This document shows positions 1-12,299 of a DNA stretch of 64,000 bases, in pieces. Each line of letters begins with the position of its first letter. The first letter of the stretch is position 1. This DNA comes from Camelus dromedarius (Eukaryota): the NCBI RefSeq assembly GCF_036321535.1, contig NC_087437.1, positions 82,152,001 to 82,216,000 of the forward strand, given 5' to 3'. A model generated the notes under the pieces. It saw only the letters and a program-made list of their open reading frames with translations, had not been told where the DNA came from and made no database searches. The position numbers were made by a program, and so were the translations under genes.

Positions 1-111
1 TTTCTTTCACTTTTCACACTTATAATAAATTTTGGAAGCTCTGAGAAAACTAAGAAATCATATAGCAAACATAACTCCTTGACTTTGCATTTACTATGCA
101 TTTTTAACATA

Positions 112-650
112 CATTCATTTAATAAATATTTCCTTGGTGTCTCCTGTGAGTTGGCATTAAAGATACAGTGACAAATAAGATCTGCAAGATTTCTATTCTC
201 ATGGAGCTTATATTTTAGTAAAGGGAGTCAGAGTCAGACAAAAAACCCAAATCAGATAATTTTAGATAGAGGCAATTGCTATAAAGAAAAGGAAAATGAT
301 CTTGTGATGGGATGGGAGTAAGATTGATGCTACTTCAGATAAGAAGTATGGGAGGTTTCTTCCTAAGGAGGTGGCCATTGAATGTAACAAAGGAACCAAC
401 ATGGTGACACTTTAGACAGTGTGTGTGCAGAAGCACCCAGCAAGTATCAAGGGTAGTAACAGTCCTTTATTGTGAGGATTAAATGAGTTAATATGTGCAC
501 AGTGCTTAGAACAGTGCCTGGAATCCATAAATGTTAACTGATTTTCATTCATTATATATTTGTGGAGTATCTACCAGGTCCCAGTCTCCGTGCTAGGTGC
601 AGAGATTTAGAGATGGAGAGAGTCCTGACTTTAGGGCACTCACTGCAGGC
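112..650. mobile_element. L2 fragments with a MIR (about 450-545)
   Basis: L2 3' end cattcatttaataaatattt..; MIR gtgaggattaaatgagttaat..cagtgcctgg. Confidence 0.7.
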
Positions 651-1929
651 TCCAGGGCACTGATTCTCCATGGGTGGTGTACAGACCATCTGCATCTTAC
701 TCATTGGCTTTCCTTGTTCTCAATCTCCTCCCCGACGGAGTCTGACCAGATAGACTTGGGAAGGAGACCAGAAATCTGCATTTTCTATAAGCTTGTTCCA
801 GTTGATTGTCAGACCTAGTGAAGTTTGAGAATCATGATCCTACTGGAGAGATTGTGACAAACCCGTGGTTCTCTTCAATACGTTACATGTTTTAGCATCA
901 AATATAATCAATTGCCCCAATGTAAGGAGTACTTCCTAGTGCTCAAGAGTAGCACTGCCCAGTTTATGGAGCCATAAATATCATGGAATTATGTTTCACA
1001 ATTAACATCCTGTAATCCTTAGGCCTAATTTTTTTGTTGATCATGCACTGGCTGGGGATGTGTGTTTTGGATTAACCTGCTTTTGGCTATGGTTTGTAAG
1101 GTTTGCCTGACACTCTTAAGTGTCATATAAAACCTGCCAAAGAGAAAAAAAGCCTTTTACCTTTTAGGAAGAATGTGCCAACCAATGTTTGCCAAAAGCT
1201 CTTGTATCCTGGAAGAAATTCTACTTGTAAGTAGATTAGCCTAACTGAAATTCCTCCCTTGGGCTCCTCCCCATACCTATTTTTAAAGTGTAATGTCACC
1301 AAAAAGGGAGAGGGGAAAGATTTATTTTCTGTCTCCTTGGCTTTCTACTAGAATGCATCCTATTCATTTTCTCACTTTAGAATGAATTATGAGCATTTCT
1401 AGAAGGTCTTAGATTCAAGGATCTCAAAGAACGTTGGAAATGAGAACAGATTCACGCTGATCCACTTGAGGCTGAGTAATAACAGCCTCCAAAATCCAGA
1501 CTGGATTCCAGGCAAGCCTTTGCTGTAGAAGTGGAGGCTTCTGTTTTCTCATTAAATACTTTCCTAAAAGGAGATTTCCTTTTTTGTGTCTTATTTTTCT
1601 CTCTTTACTAGTTCCAATCCATAGCTACTCAATAGCTATGGCCAGATAGAAGAGTGGCAATGGAAAAAAGACTGCCCTTGAGAGTGAGGTCGAATTGGTA
1701 AGGGTGCATGAATTGATGTAAATTTAAGGCAAATGGGAATCATAGGCTCGGATCTTAGAATCTTAGAATTGAGTGGATGGGCAAAAGAAATCGACTTTTG
1801 CGGTTGCCAGCCTGTCAATTATTCAATTTTTTTGTTTAACTGTCCAGATTGGTGATGTCCCCTCAACAAAGACTATGAAGATTGGATGAAATATGTGGAA
1901 ACTACGTAAAAACTGATGAAACTCAAGGT

Positions 1930-3160
1930 AAAGATCTGTTACTGTTCAGTCAATGTCAACCAATATCAACCAGCTATGTAGGGCAGTGAGAACCCAACTG
2001 TGAGAAAAACAGGAAAAGAGTGCAATAGACAAAAGCTGCTCCCCAGGGAGGAGAATTTCTCTTGTAATTTTTATTAGATTTTACCTACAATATGGCACTT
2101 TATAGAAAAACAATTAGAAAGAGAAGATTCCTTTCTACTTTCTATTTTTTTTCCTTCAACTTAGCAATTTATTCCAGCTTTTCTTTCTTCATTCATTTAA
2201 CAAAGATTTGCTGAGTGCTAGCTGTGTGCCAGGTATGGTTCTAATGACAGGGGACAATAAAGAACATGGAAAGACCTTCCTCTAATCTTTATAGAGTTTA
2301 CATGCCATTAGGATTTCATGTCTTCTTCATCTATAAAAATATCATTGCTTATTACTATCCATTAGACAAACCAAAATGTTGAAAAGGAGCCATTCTCTGT
2401 TAAAGTGAGGACCTGACAAAAGAACCACATTGCCCTGGAATTTGGGGTCCCCTCAGTTTCCTCTACATACAAATGATTCCTGTATCCATTTTTAAACTAC
2501 TGTTTACTTAGTTCTGGCTCTATCGGATTTATAGTAATTTTGGCTAAGTCTTTGCACCCCCAAAGTGTCTTCGTGTTCTTAGCAATCATATATGGGCGCT
2601 GTGACGGCACCGTCCCCACAGCTTTCAGGCCAAGCTCAGTACAACACAGCTGCATGGAAGTTCAAGACTCTGGTTCCCACAAAAAAGCCACTGACTCACA
2701 AACCAAGCACATTTCTTCTCTGTTTCCACTGTAACATTTCTTTCCCAAAAGCATAAATCTCAGGCTGATATTTAACATTCCTTTGAAGTGAGCCATAGAC
2801 TTTTACCTTGTATTTCTTGAAAGAGTGGAGAGCTAAGCTTCCATTATGCAGATTTATAAACATGTCCTCAACAGAAGGCAAGATTTTGTAATTCTCTAGT
2901 CATGGGTCTTTGAAACTTTTTTACAAAAGATCATTTAGAAATATCACACGGGATCAGGCTGACTGGTTCAGAACTCTATCTCAGAGTGGGATTCCACACG
3001 GTGGCAGAATATCATTGTTGCTAAACACGGCTCAACCTTAAAAAAGGTGATGACATATCCTAAAGACTCTTGAGTTAAGAATTCCTTTCGCTTTAAAAAA
3101 TTAATTCTGAAAGCAAATTAACTAATTGGAGGATTATAAGTTTTGGGAAACTAATTCTAC
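1930..3160 (-). pseudogene. Fossil gene: PX-FERM module 9
   Basis: PX: NDILPP..SRVIFLNDLL*KSFKDP*L vs SNX17 ANVLPA..QRREQLEKYMQAVRQDPLL. F2: AMWFFCQVLTLTENGSF vs VTYFFHQAVDDVKKGYI. F3: LVDI/TEQ, similar to module 2 LVYIKTEQ. Confidence 0.72.
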
Positions 3161-3299
3161 CCCAGGCTTCACAATTTTGAAAAATGATATTACTATTTAT
3201 CCAGGGGCTCAGGCTCAAAATTAGGAGGCGTTCTTTTTTTTTTTTTTTTAACCCCTACATTAAAAATTCTGAGAGTTTATGTAGTCCTTTTAAAATTTA

Positions 3300-5454
3300 A
3301 TATTTATTTTGATGAATGCATATTATTTTAAATTTAATTTTTGAGGAAGGTTATGGTTACATGACATTGCATAGGTCACAAAAAATAATGTTGAAAACTA
3401 ATCTTAGTTCCCTAAAATATAGTTTCTCAAAGTTAATGCAGTCTCACTTGGGCAGCAACAATACTTTTTTTCTTTCCCTTTCTCCTTCCCTCCCTCCTTC
3501 TCTCCCTACCCCCTCTCTTTCTTTTCTTTTCTTTTTTCTTTTTCCTTTCCTTTCCTTCTCTTCCCTTTCTTCCTTTCTTTCTTTCTTTTTCTTTCTTTTC
3601 TTCCTTTCTTTCTTCCTTCCTTCCTTTCTTTCTTCCTTTCTTCCTTTCTTTCTTTCATGGTAAGAACAGATAACCTAAGACCTGCCCTCTCAAGTTTTTA
3701 AAGGCATAGTACAGAATTGCTAACGTTAAGCACAGCGTCCTTCAGCAGAGCTCTAGGACTTACTCATCTTGCATTAACTGACACTTTATACCTATTGAAC
3801 AGCAGCTCCCCGTTTCCCCCTCCCCCAACCCCTTTCAACCACCATTCTGTTTCTGCTTCTATGAGCTTGACTATTTCAGACACTGAGGAAACATTTTTAA
3901 TATCTTTTTCCCCACACATCCAATCTACCAGCAAGTTTCAGGATCTCTCCATAGAAAGTTATCCTGGGTCACTGTTACTTAGGCACCATCATGGTTTGTC
4001 TAGACCACTTCATAGCCCCTGAACAGGAGTCCCTGCCTCCACTCTTGTTCCAGTCAAACCTCCCCAGAGAAACCAGAGTGATGATTTAAAGATGTCACTC
4101 CCTTGTTCAAAACCATCCAGGGCCTGCCTACCCCAGTTTATGTAAATTCTGAGCTCTCGCCATAGGAGTAAAAAATTAATCTTTTACTTCTACTGTATAT
4201 GTACAAGGAACTTCTTTCTAACTCAAGTATCAGATGGCAGTCATCTTATGTCAGGATTTTATTAAAATAAACTATAATTGTGGAGTAACCATAGGCCTAA
4301 AAATTAGGATATGTGGACCCTCGACCATTTACTTTTTTTCCAAGCTGTGTAAAATTTCTGTGCTTCGATTTCTTTCCTTTCTCAAATGAGGCTGACAATA
4401 AGACTTCTCTAGACTAATTCTGGGTTTACTGTGATGATCAAAAATATGCAAATACTTGGAATGACATCAAGACATCTGTTGAAGTGAGATACTGATGTTT
4501 TGCTCTACCATATTTTAGTTATTACCCTTTATTCCTCTAGCTCCGTCTACATGTTTATTTTCCTTCATTATCATGACTCTTTATATCAGCAGATTTTATC
4601 ATGTTATACAGACACAAGTACAAAGAAACCACTGGTACTTTCGTTTGATAGCCATCCTATAGTGTTTCATTTATTGAGGTTAGAAATGGTTTGGTAACTG
4701 AGAAGTCTTAGATAAGGAGTTAAAGGATTAGCAACAGCTAGGTTTTTCAGTCCAAGGAAATCTCCAATAAAAAAAGTCTGAAGTGAGGAGGGGTTGGATC
4801 TCAATCCACTAGCAAAGATTTGACTTCTTTGCGGGAGTTGCTTGGTTAGGACTCTTGGAAGGCAGGGATATACAAGGGTGCAGAGTTCAAGTGCACAGGC
4901 CAAGTGCAGCACCAGGAAGAGAAGTGAAACACAGATCTCCTGGGTTGAGCCCTTTACTTCTCTGCACACACCATGAGCGTTATTATTACTGCTAGCACTT
5001 CTGCATAATAGATCAGGGGATCAAATCTGCTGTTCTGGCTCCTTTCCCAGGTACAGGACAATTTGAGAAAAGCTAATATTGGCTTACTGTCCATAATTTC
5101 CCTATTTGCTCTTGTGATCACATTCACTGGATAACTTCAGCAGTTACTAAAAAATTTAATCTGGTTTTAAAGAACTTCAAACTATAAAAACTACATTTTT
5201 ATCTTTTCTACTTTATAGGTGAAGAAAGTAGAGCTCAGAGAGGTTAAGCAACCTGTTCAAAGTTGCATGGCAAACTGGAAGTTGATTCCAGGTTGGTGTT
5301 CTTTTTGTTGTATTATGGTGTCTTTGTGTAGGTAGAAACACTTCTTTAGTTATTACACATGAGCTGATTTCATTTGGAAGAATCAGAAAGAAATCATTAC
5401 TTCAGTATGTACTTTATAACATTTTTCAGATTCCTGTCTGGGAACTGATAACTG
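3300..5454 (-). pseudogene. Fossil gene: PX-FERM module 8
   Basis: PX: QLSVPRQESEKCYKVHTEVMISF*FFQMKSAHV**LKKCF and NREIMDSKPILAFL vs IRVIGESDIMQEFL. ORF 4667-4969 contains LRSNPSSLQTFF vs LNDNDLAVTYFF. Interrupted by MIR, L2 and L1 fragments; lower boundary uncertain. Confidence 0.7.
3470..3880 (-). mobile_element. L1MA-like 3' fragment with adjacent TTCC/TTTC low-complexity tract
   Basis: Antisense L1MA 3'UTR-like text at 3658-3880 and a pyrimidine tract at 3470-3657, which explains ORF 3316-3663. Confidence 0.7.
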
Positions 5455-5458
5455 TTCA

Positions 5459-6259
5459 CAATAGTTTCCCTTATCTGTGGGGAATACTTTTCAAAACCCC
5501 CAGCACATGCCTGAAACCTCAGATAGTACCAAACCCTATATAAACCATGTTTTTTCCTATACATACATACCTATGATAAAGTTTAATTTATAAATTAGTC
5601 ATAGTAGGGGATTAACAATAATAATAATACAATAGAACAATTATAACAATACACTGTAATAAAAATTATGTGTATGTGGTCTCTCATGCTCTCAAAATAT
5701 CTTATTGTACAAAGTTAATGACTTTTCCATCTTAATTAAGCACTTGGCAGTAATTTTTGCAGTTTGAGGTGTGCTGGCAAAACTAGCATGGATTTCTTTT
5801 TCCTTTTTCACAATTTCACGGATCTTAGCCACCTTAACGTATGATTTATTTATTTTTTCTTGTTAAGTGGAGAACTTTCCCTTTTTCACTAAAAGGAAGC
5901 ACTCAGTGGCTTCTCTTTGGTATATCTGAATTACCAGCATTGCTTCTCTGGGGCTTTGAGGTCATTGTTAAGTAAAATAAGGGTGACCTGAACACAAACA
6001 AGCACTGAGATGCCGTGATAGTCAAGCTGATAACGAAAAGGGTTACTAAGTGACTAACAGATGAGACAAAGGGATGATTAATTTCCCAGGTGGGTCAGAG
6101 TGAGAGTACAGGATTTCATCACGCTACTCAGAACAGCACACAACTTAAAACCAATGAATTGTTTATTTCTGGAATTTTCCATCTGATGCTTTTGGATGAC
6201 GTTGACTGTGAGTTACAAAAACTACGGAAAGCAAAACCATGGAAAAGGTGGGACTACTG
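5459..6259. mobile_element. MER44/Tigger7-derived DNA transposon
   Basis: TIR-like ends caatagtttcccttatctgtgg and ccatggaaaaggtgggactactg, with a MER44-like interior. Confidence 0.8.
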
Positions 6260-6309
6260 CACAGGTAACAATTGTTTCCCTAACTATGTATTTCAACTGC
6301 TGATATGAG

Positions 6310-6545
6310 AGAGGCTGGCTAGAGTGCTCTCTCTCCAGAAGCTGTCTAGGTTCAATCCCGGCTCTACCACTTTACTGGCTGGACAAACTCAGGCAAGTTT
6401 TTAAACTTCTTTGACCATCTGTAGTTATATTACCTGTCTATAAAATGGGGATAATAATTGTATCTATCTCATTGGGTTGCTGTGAATAACAGAACATAGA
6501 TACAGTATTAGGAGAGTGCCTAGCAAATAGTAAGTGATAGATGCC
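6310..6545 (+). mobile_element. MIR
   Basis: ggttcaatcccggctctaccac..aaaatggggataataat.. Confidence 0.8.
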
Positions 6546-6723
6546 TGTTTATTTCTACAGTACCTAGGTACAGGTGTGGATAAGACCGGAGTAAATTAAA
6601 GTTTGTTCTCAGAAGTTCTCATCTTGAACAGTTTTGTAAAAAAAAAAAAAAGAAAAAGAAAAAGAAAAAAGAAAAAAAAAATGTAGTTTCCAAACAAAAG
6701 CATTTCATCCTGTAGTCTCTAGA

Positions 6724-6758
6724 TGCAGTAATTCAAAGGTGTCACTAGATGGCAACTA
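6724..6758 (+). promoter_or_regulatory. Candidate CTCF site with upstream motif
   Basis: tgcagtaat-tcaaa-ggtgtcactagatggcaacta: a TGCAG upstream module plus a core resembling CCACTAGATGGCA. Confidence 0.55.
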
Positions 6759-7060
6759 TGATCCATTGTGACTCCAGAAGCAGCAGGTTTTAACTGATGG
6801 GCTAAATCCTGGAATTTGTTTTCTGTGCCCTGTGACATTGTGAACTCAGTCTGTCCGTCCCCACAGAACTGTTACAGTCATCAAAGTCTGCCTTCTGTGG
6901 CCACTCTTGGGACTCACCCATAGCGCCCGGTCTTCCTGATGGCAGCTTCACTGAAGCCTGGGCTTACCTACCTTCATCTCATTGTGATTTGCACATCAGG
7001 AGTGCTCTGCCAGGTGGCAACAGGACAGTGTCAGAATATCCTATGTTAAGAAGATTAATC

Positions 7061-7212
7061 ACTTTGGTTCTCAAAGTGTGGTACCCCAGCCTCAGTATCA
7101 CCTGGGAACTTGTTAAAATGCAAATTCTTGGGTCCCATCTCAGACCTGCTGACCAGGAATGAGGAGAATTTTAACAAGCCCTCCTGATGATTCTAAAATT
7201 TGAGAACCACTG
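7061..7212. mobile_element. MER5A (hAT-Charlie)
   Basis: ggttctcaaagtgtgg..gggaacttgttaaaatgcaaattct..tttgagaaccactg. Confidence 0.85.
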
Positions 7213-7419
7213 AGATGAACCAATGTTTAGCATCATATAAATAGTGGCATTGGGTGGGTCCTCAGAGAATATTTTGCCCAACTCACTCATTTTGCTAAGA
7301 AAGAGAGAGTCCAGAGAGTTCAATGACTCACTGATTTAGTCTTCTGGCAGAGCCAGGTCCTAAGGTTGCCAAGTGGTATCCCCCAACTTTTTCCACTCTA
7401 TTCATCACCCTTTTTCCCC

Positions 7420-8950
7420 TTCAAAATTGAGGCCATTTGTACACAGTCTACCCTGATAACTACTCAGGAAGGAAAAAAAAAAGTCAATTATTTATTTATT
7501 TCAACAGATATTTCTATAGGGATACAAAAATATGTGTGTGATGCCTTGAATGTGATGCATTTTCAGTTCAGTGTGTACATGAGTGTGTGTGTGTGTATGT
7601 GTGTGTGTGTAAGAGGTGAGGGAGAAATCAAGTAAAAAAAAGTTATGTCTCAATCACTAGAAGAGGCACATTGTGGGGCATCCTGGGAAATGGGTGACTG
7701 CAACTAAGTCAAGTACAGGAATGAGGGAAGACAGGTAAGAAGGAGAAGCTTCAGAGCTGAACCCTGGCTGATGGGTAGGAGTTCACCCGAAGAAGAAGAA
7801 GAAGGGAAAGAACATTTGGAAAGAGGGATCTGTGTGTGCATGGGCATGGGGCTGTGAAACAGGGAGGGGACTCTCAAGAGTTTGGTTTGATTGAGGGGGA
7901 GGGGGTATGTGGAGGAGTTATCATGTTTTACATAACAATATTACTGCTACTGCTAATATCTGACACTTATCAAATGTTAACTATGTGCCAAGCACTGTAC
8001 TAAGCATTTTACAATTACTAATAATGGATTTAATCTTTAAACAGCTTTGTGAGAGTCTACTCTTATTCCTACTTTACAGATGACAATAGACATGCATGCA
8101 CTGTTCTATTTTTCTTAAAATCAAGTGTTACTATTTCCATTTCTGACACAGATATTGAACTTAGAAAAAGAACTTTAATATTTACTTGTGCCAGGACAAT
8201 CTTCGTATTGTGCAGTATGCATTTTGAGGGGATGAAGAATATATTTTTAATACATATAATTTTATTACAAGCATATTTTTTCATAAATGAATAAAATCAG
8301 GAGGAATTTGACAGCCTTTCTTTTTAACTCAAGGAATGAATGTCTCATTATTCTTTGGTCTATCAGCAACTGTGGAAGTAGCCAATTTCTCATGATAATA
8401 AACGATTTGTGCCTGAAAAGTGGCAAAGAAAGCTCCTTTCAAATGTTTGACTCACAAAGAAAGGGAGCTTAGTAATAAATAAGTGATCTGGTCTGAAATC
8501 ATTGGCTTTGTTATGCTTCTGGTTTTCACTTTACAGGCATTCACTGTGAATGTGCTTTTCATATATCACACGAATTTTAGTCAGTATCAGTATATTTTCT
8601 CCCTTGTACAGGAGTACCCACAACCAAACTAAAAATTCAAGTTCTGGTAGGATTTAAAATACCTAGCTCTTCCTAGGTAAGCTTCCAGAGATTCCTGGAT
8701 TCTTTGGGATATTTTTCGGTGATTTCACATTTTCCTGAGAAAATGATTTTTCTGTTCCTCAGTTTTCTCATCTGCAAAATGTTGGTATTGGATGAGCTAA
8801 TATAGAAGGCTTCTTTTAGCTCTAACAGTCTGTGGATTTATGATTTAATGATGAACTGGCACAAGGAATTCATTTCTGAGTTTTCTTTGTAGTAAAATTT
8901 TAGTGTTGTTGTCATAAAAGGAGTTAGCAGACCTAATATTTTGCCACGAA
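7420..8950 (-). pseudogene. Fossil gene: PX-FERM module 7
   Basis: PX: FSGKCEITEK/QRIQESLEAYL vs LPGKWPFSLSEQ..RRRGLEEYL. F1: HLFITKL vs HSFVRKL and FIIMRNWLL vs CLTIRKWLF. ORF 8069-8284 gives NKII..IVLAQVNIKVLFL..EIVTLDFKK vs NEII..HVITAISITHFKL..QVIAFEWDE. The end near 7420 is tentative. Confidence 0.72.
8750..8840 (+). mobile_element. MIR3 fragment inside the PX of module 7
   Basis: cctcagttttctcatctgcaaaatg..ttttagctctaacagtctgtg. Confidence 0.7.
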
Positions 8951-8979
8951 TGTTTAAAAGGGATGCCTAAAACAGCTCT

Positions 8980-9480
8980 ATACTTCACTTTTTAGGATCA
9001 CCAAGACCCTGTCTGGCCCAAAGATATGATTCTATAATATATTCTCACATGACATTTTACGTATCTCAAAGTCTAAGACTAAGGCCAGTTTTAAGCAGAC
9101 ACCATTAGAAATGATTGACAGCCAGTTTGTTTTAAGGTGAAGAGGCACACTTTCCAGGATGCTCTGCTTTTCTGATTGCTGCAATAACAATTTTAGGCTT
9201 TAAGAGCTCATATTACAGCCTTGATCTTTATACTCATGTTCACAGCTGAGGGTAAACTGCTTTCAAGAGAATCTAGAAAACCTAATTTAGCTTTTACCTT
9301 CATTGTCTAGAGAAATTGAATAGTTCACAGGTTGCTTTATCGTGAGTCAAAGGAAGGGCAATAATGCCTGGAAAGAAGAACCTATAAAATATATTATTTT
9401 CAAATTTTGTGATTGAGAAAAAAGTTTACATTTTACTCCCCCTTCCAGATAATTTTTGCCTTTCTTATTTGCAACCAATT
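8980..9480 (-). pseudogene. Fossil gene: partial module 6 (PX/F1 only)
   Basis: WLSIISNGVCLKLALVLDFE..FGPD resembles SNX17 F1 EVLLSNGQKV and module 3 F1 (ILTDF..IGPD). I could not find F2/F3. Confidence 0.4.
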
Positions 9481-10250
9481 TTGGGATTGATTACAATAAC
9501 TTTTCTATTTAGTTATTATTAAAGCAATACACACAATACATGTTTATTCTGGAATTATTACAAAAAAGTATAAATAAGGACATAGAAATATCTAAAATTC
9601 TGCTACCCATAGTTGGCTACTGTTAATGTTTTTCCTATTACTTCATTCCGGGTAAGCATAAACATTAAGATATTGAAAACAAGTTATATATTATATTTTG
9701 ACATCTTTAAAAAATTAGTATGCAATTAGCTTATATACACAATTCTTAATGTCAGCCTTCAAAGGTAACATATTATTATTATTGTATAAAAAGTTATAAA
9801 ACTCTTTAGTTTTTACTATTTTATGATTTTGATTTAGGTCCCCATTTTATTTATTTGTTTTCATCCCTTCTTTTTCCAGAAAATATTTAAGGTAACTTCA
9901 GCCTACTTTTATCCAAGTGGGTATAAACAAATCTCTAAAATTCATACTACATAGTTTTTTTCTTTTTTTGCATGAGACCTTTGCTTTATAAACAATAGGT
10001 AAGTTTTAACTCGCTGGGGAACATGGCTATAAAGATTTCTATCATAACATAAAGAAACCTTTAGAAAGACAAGAGTAACTCCTCTTTCACATAATTTTGT
10101 TCATAAGTATGTATTTTTCAAAAACATGTCCACAAATCCACCACTTTGTGTATACTTTGAGGGCAGACTTCTGATCTTTCTGTCCAGTATTCCTTCATAT
10201 CCTCATACTATCTTGATAGCTTGCATTGTGACTTCAAATAGGATTGTAGT

Positions 10251-10385
10251 GAGAGGCAGTAATGGTTAAGAACTTTGATTCTGCTTTGTGTTGCTCATTT
10301 TCAAATCCCTAAATGAGATAATCTTGGTAACTCTTAGTATAGTGCTTGAGACTACATAATAAATGCCAAATGGATGTTAGTTTTC
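10251..10385 (+). mobile_element. MIR fragment inside FERM F2 of module 5
   Basis: ggcagtaatggttaagaactttg..aaatgagataat..cttagtatagtgcttg.. Confidence 0.65.
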
Positions 10386-10971
10386 AATAATTTGGGCTAT
10401 TTTTTTTTAACTATAGGTACTTTTTCTCCTAAATAAGAACCCATTTTTCCTGAGGACTTTCATTTAGGTTTTTCAAAACAGAAATAAGCTACTTCTTTAG
10501 GGGTTATACATAATATATCTTAAAGAGTTGGTAGGGGGGATAAAATATACTATATTTTATAAAAAATTTACATATACTTATTATTTTACATTGGCTATAT
10601 CACCTAATAGTCCAATGTCTCATTCACTCAAAATGTTTAATAGGAACGTATTTAAAAATAAAGTGTGCTATAGGGTCATAAATATAATTTATAGTTCTTT
10701 CCATAGTACTTTCACTCTAAGCTTTTCAAGCATTCAGCAAGTATAAAATGAGCCCTTTTAATAAATGAGCAATTTAAGGCATCAGCTAACAAAATCTGAC
10801 TTTTTCCCTGCAAGTGGAAGATGGGTGAGAATGATTGAATTATTGCTGCTAATCTCTACTGCTCTATTTGACAGAGCCTTTGGAAATTGGTCTCAGCCAC
10901 ATCAAGACAGGTGTATAAACAAGTCCAGTACTGTGAAATATGTACAGTGGGCTCTGAACCAGAGAATCCTC

Positions 10972-11300
10972 TAGTCCAGCTCGGTCAAATAGAAACAATG
11001 TGAACCACGTACACAACTTCACATTTTCTAGTACTCACACTAAAAAAAGTTAAAAGGAACAGGTGACATTAATTTTAAAAATATACTTTATTTGACTCAA
11101 AATAACCCAAATATTATCATTTTGATATGGAATTAATGTAGAAAGTATTAATGAGAAAATTTACATTCTTGGTTTCATTCAAGGTCTTAGAAATCCTGTG
11201 TGTATTTTACACCCACAGTACATCTCAGTTGGGACTAGCCACATTTCAAGGGCTCCATCACCTCATGTGGCTCCTGGAGACCATATTAGACAGCCCAGCT
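10972..11300. mobile_element. MER33-like hAT element, followed by two MIRs (about 11305-11690)
   Basis: gtcaaatagaaac..ttttctagtactcacac..gactagccacatttcaagggctc..atattagacagc. Confidence 0.75.
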
Positions 11301-11934
11301 TTGGCGGCACCACAGCAAGCATGGTATAGAGGAAAGGAGACAAAGACCAGCTTGGAATCATCTTTTCTGTCTGTTCCTGGCCCTGACATTTGATATTGAG
11401 AAGACTGTGAACTCACGTTAGTGTCTCTGGGTCTCAAATTCTCACTCTCTATAATAGGGGTTGTTAATAACAGCCATACTCCTCTTAGGAGGCTGAGAGG
11501 AAGATTAAATAATATATTGTATGTGAAAGTACTGTGCAAGATCATAAAGCACCATACATATGTAATGCATTATTATCCCTTTTATTGTAGATTTACTCTC
11601 ATGACTTGCCCAAGGCCACATTCCCAGTTGGTAGGAAAATCAAGGATAGAATCTGGGGATTCTGACTTCTAGCCATCTGCTTCAACTAAAGGCTGTTCAT
11701 ACCAAGCTAGCTTGGAGGAAAAAAACAAAAAAACCAACCTGAAACGTTTTCATTTTAAAAAATGAGGAAGGAAGAGAGTCGAAGAGAGCAGCAGTAAGAA
11801 GTAAATTCCATATTAAACCATATTAAATGGTTAGGGTCTTCTTGGCTACTGTCATAAGGTCTGCAGTAAAATTATACATACAGGATATTTATATACTTAT
11901 ATATCAGCATTACAAGCATCAAGGACTGGACTTT

Positions 11935-12197
11935 ACCGTTGTCATCTAATGCAAAATCCCGCATTCTTCAATATCTCAAACAACTTCAAAATTGAACTGT
12001 GGTTTCCTCACTCTATTTATCTCCAAAATATAATACAACCACAAGAAAGCCCTTCCGTACTGGGCTTGATTAATAAAACAGATATGGATCAATTCAGCAG
12101 GTTTTCCATGAGTAGTTTTGGTTACAGATGTAGCTCATTAATCCCCATGGGTGAGACACTACCTCTCTAGTGTGAATCCAAGAGACACATTAATCTC
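11935..12197 (-). pseudogene. Fossil gene: PDZ domain 2 remnant (SNX27/CYTIP-like)
   Basis: One frame reads SLGFTLER*CLTHGD**ATSVTKTTHGKPAELIHICFINQAQYGRAFLWLYYILEINRVRKPQFNFEVV*DIEECG. Compare SNX27 PDZ GYGFNVRG..INGELYAPLQHVSAV..DRAGVRKGDRILEVNHV..KQVVDLIRAG. Confidence 0.75.
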
Positions 12198-12299
12198 TGA
12201 AAAGAACATTGAAATAATTCAGTTCTATTCACCATATTATTTAGTGCTTACCCAGTGTAAAACACATTACGTATTTTAGTGAGCAAAAGGAGTTTGTTT

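Larger units (their letters stand above)
9900..11900 (-). pseudogene. Fossil gene: PX-FERM module 5, interrupted by MIRs and MER33
   Basis: F2: ILCITPKEVAYFCFE vs ILLNDNDLAVTYFFHQ and EKKYL*LKK vs EEKSYQLQK. The frame at 10250-9945 runs about 100 codons with only two internal TGA stops and aligns to SNX27 F2/F3. Confidence 0.78.

Noticed and set aside
3316..3663. 115-aa F/S/L-rich ORF
   Set aside because: It is a translation of the TTCC/TTTC simple repeat.
11700..12200. Identity with PDZPH1 or GRASP/CYTIP
   Set aside because: The PDZ is flanked by PX-FERM remnants, not by PH domains or a GRASP-type coiled coil in the right order.
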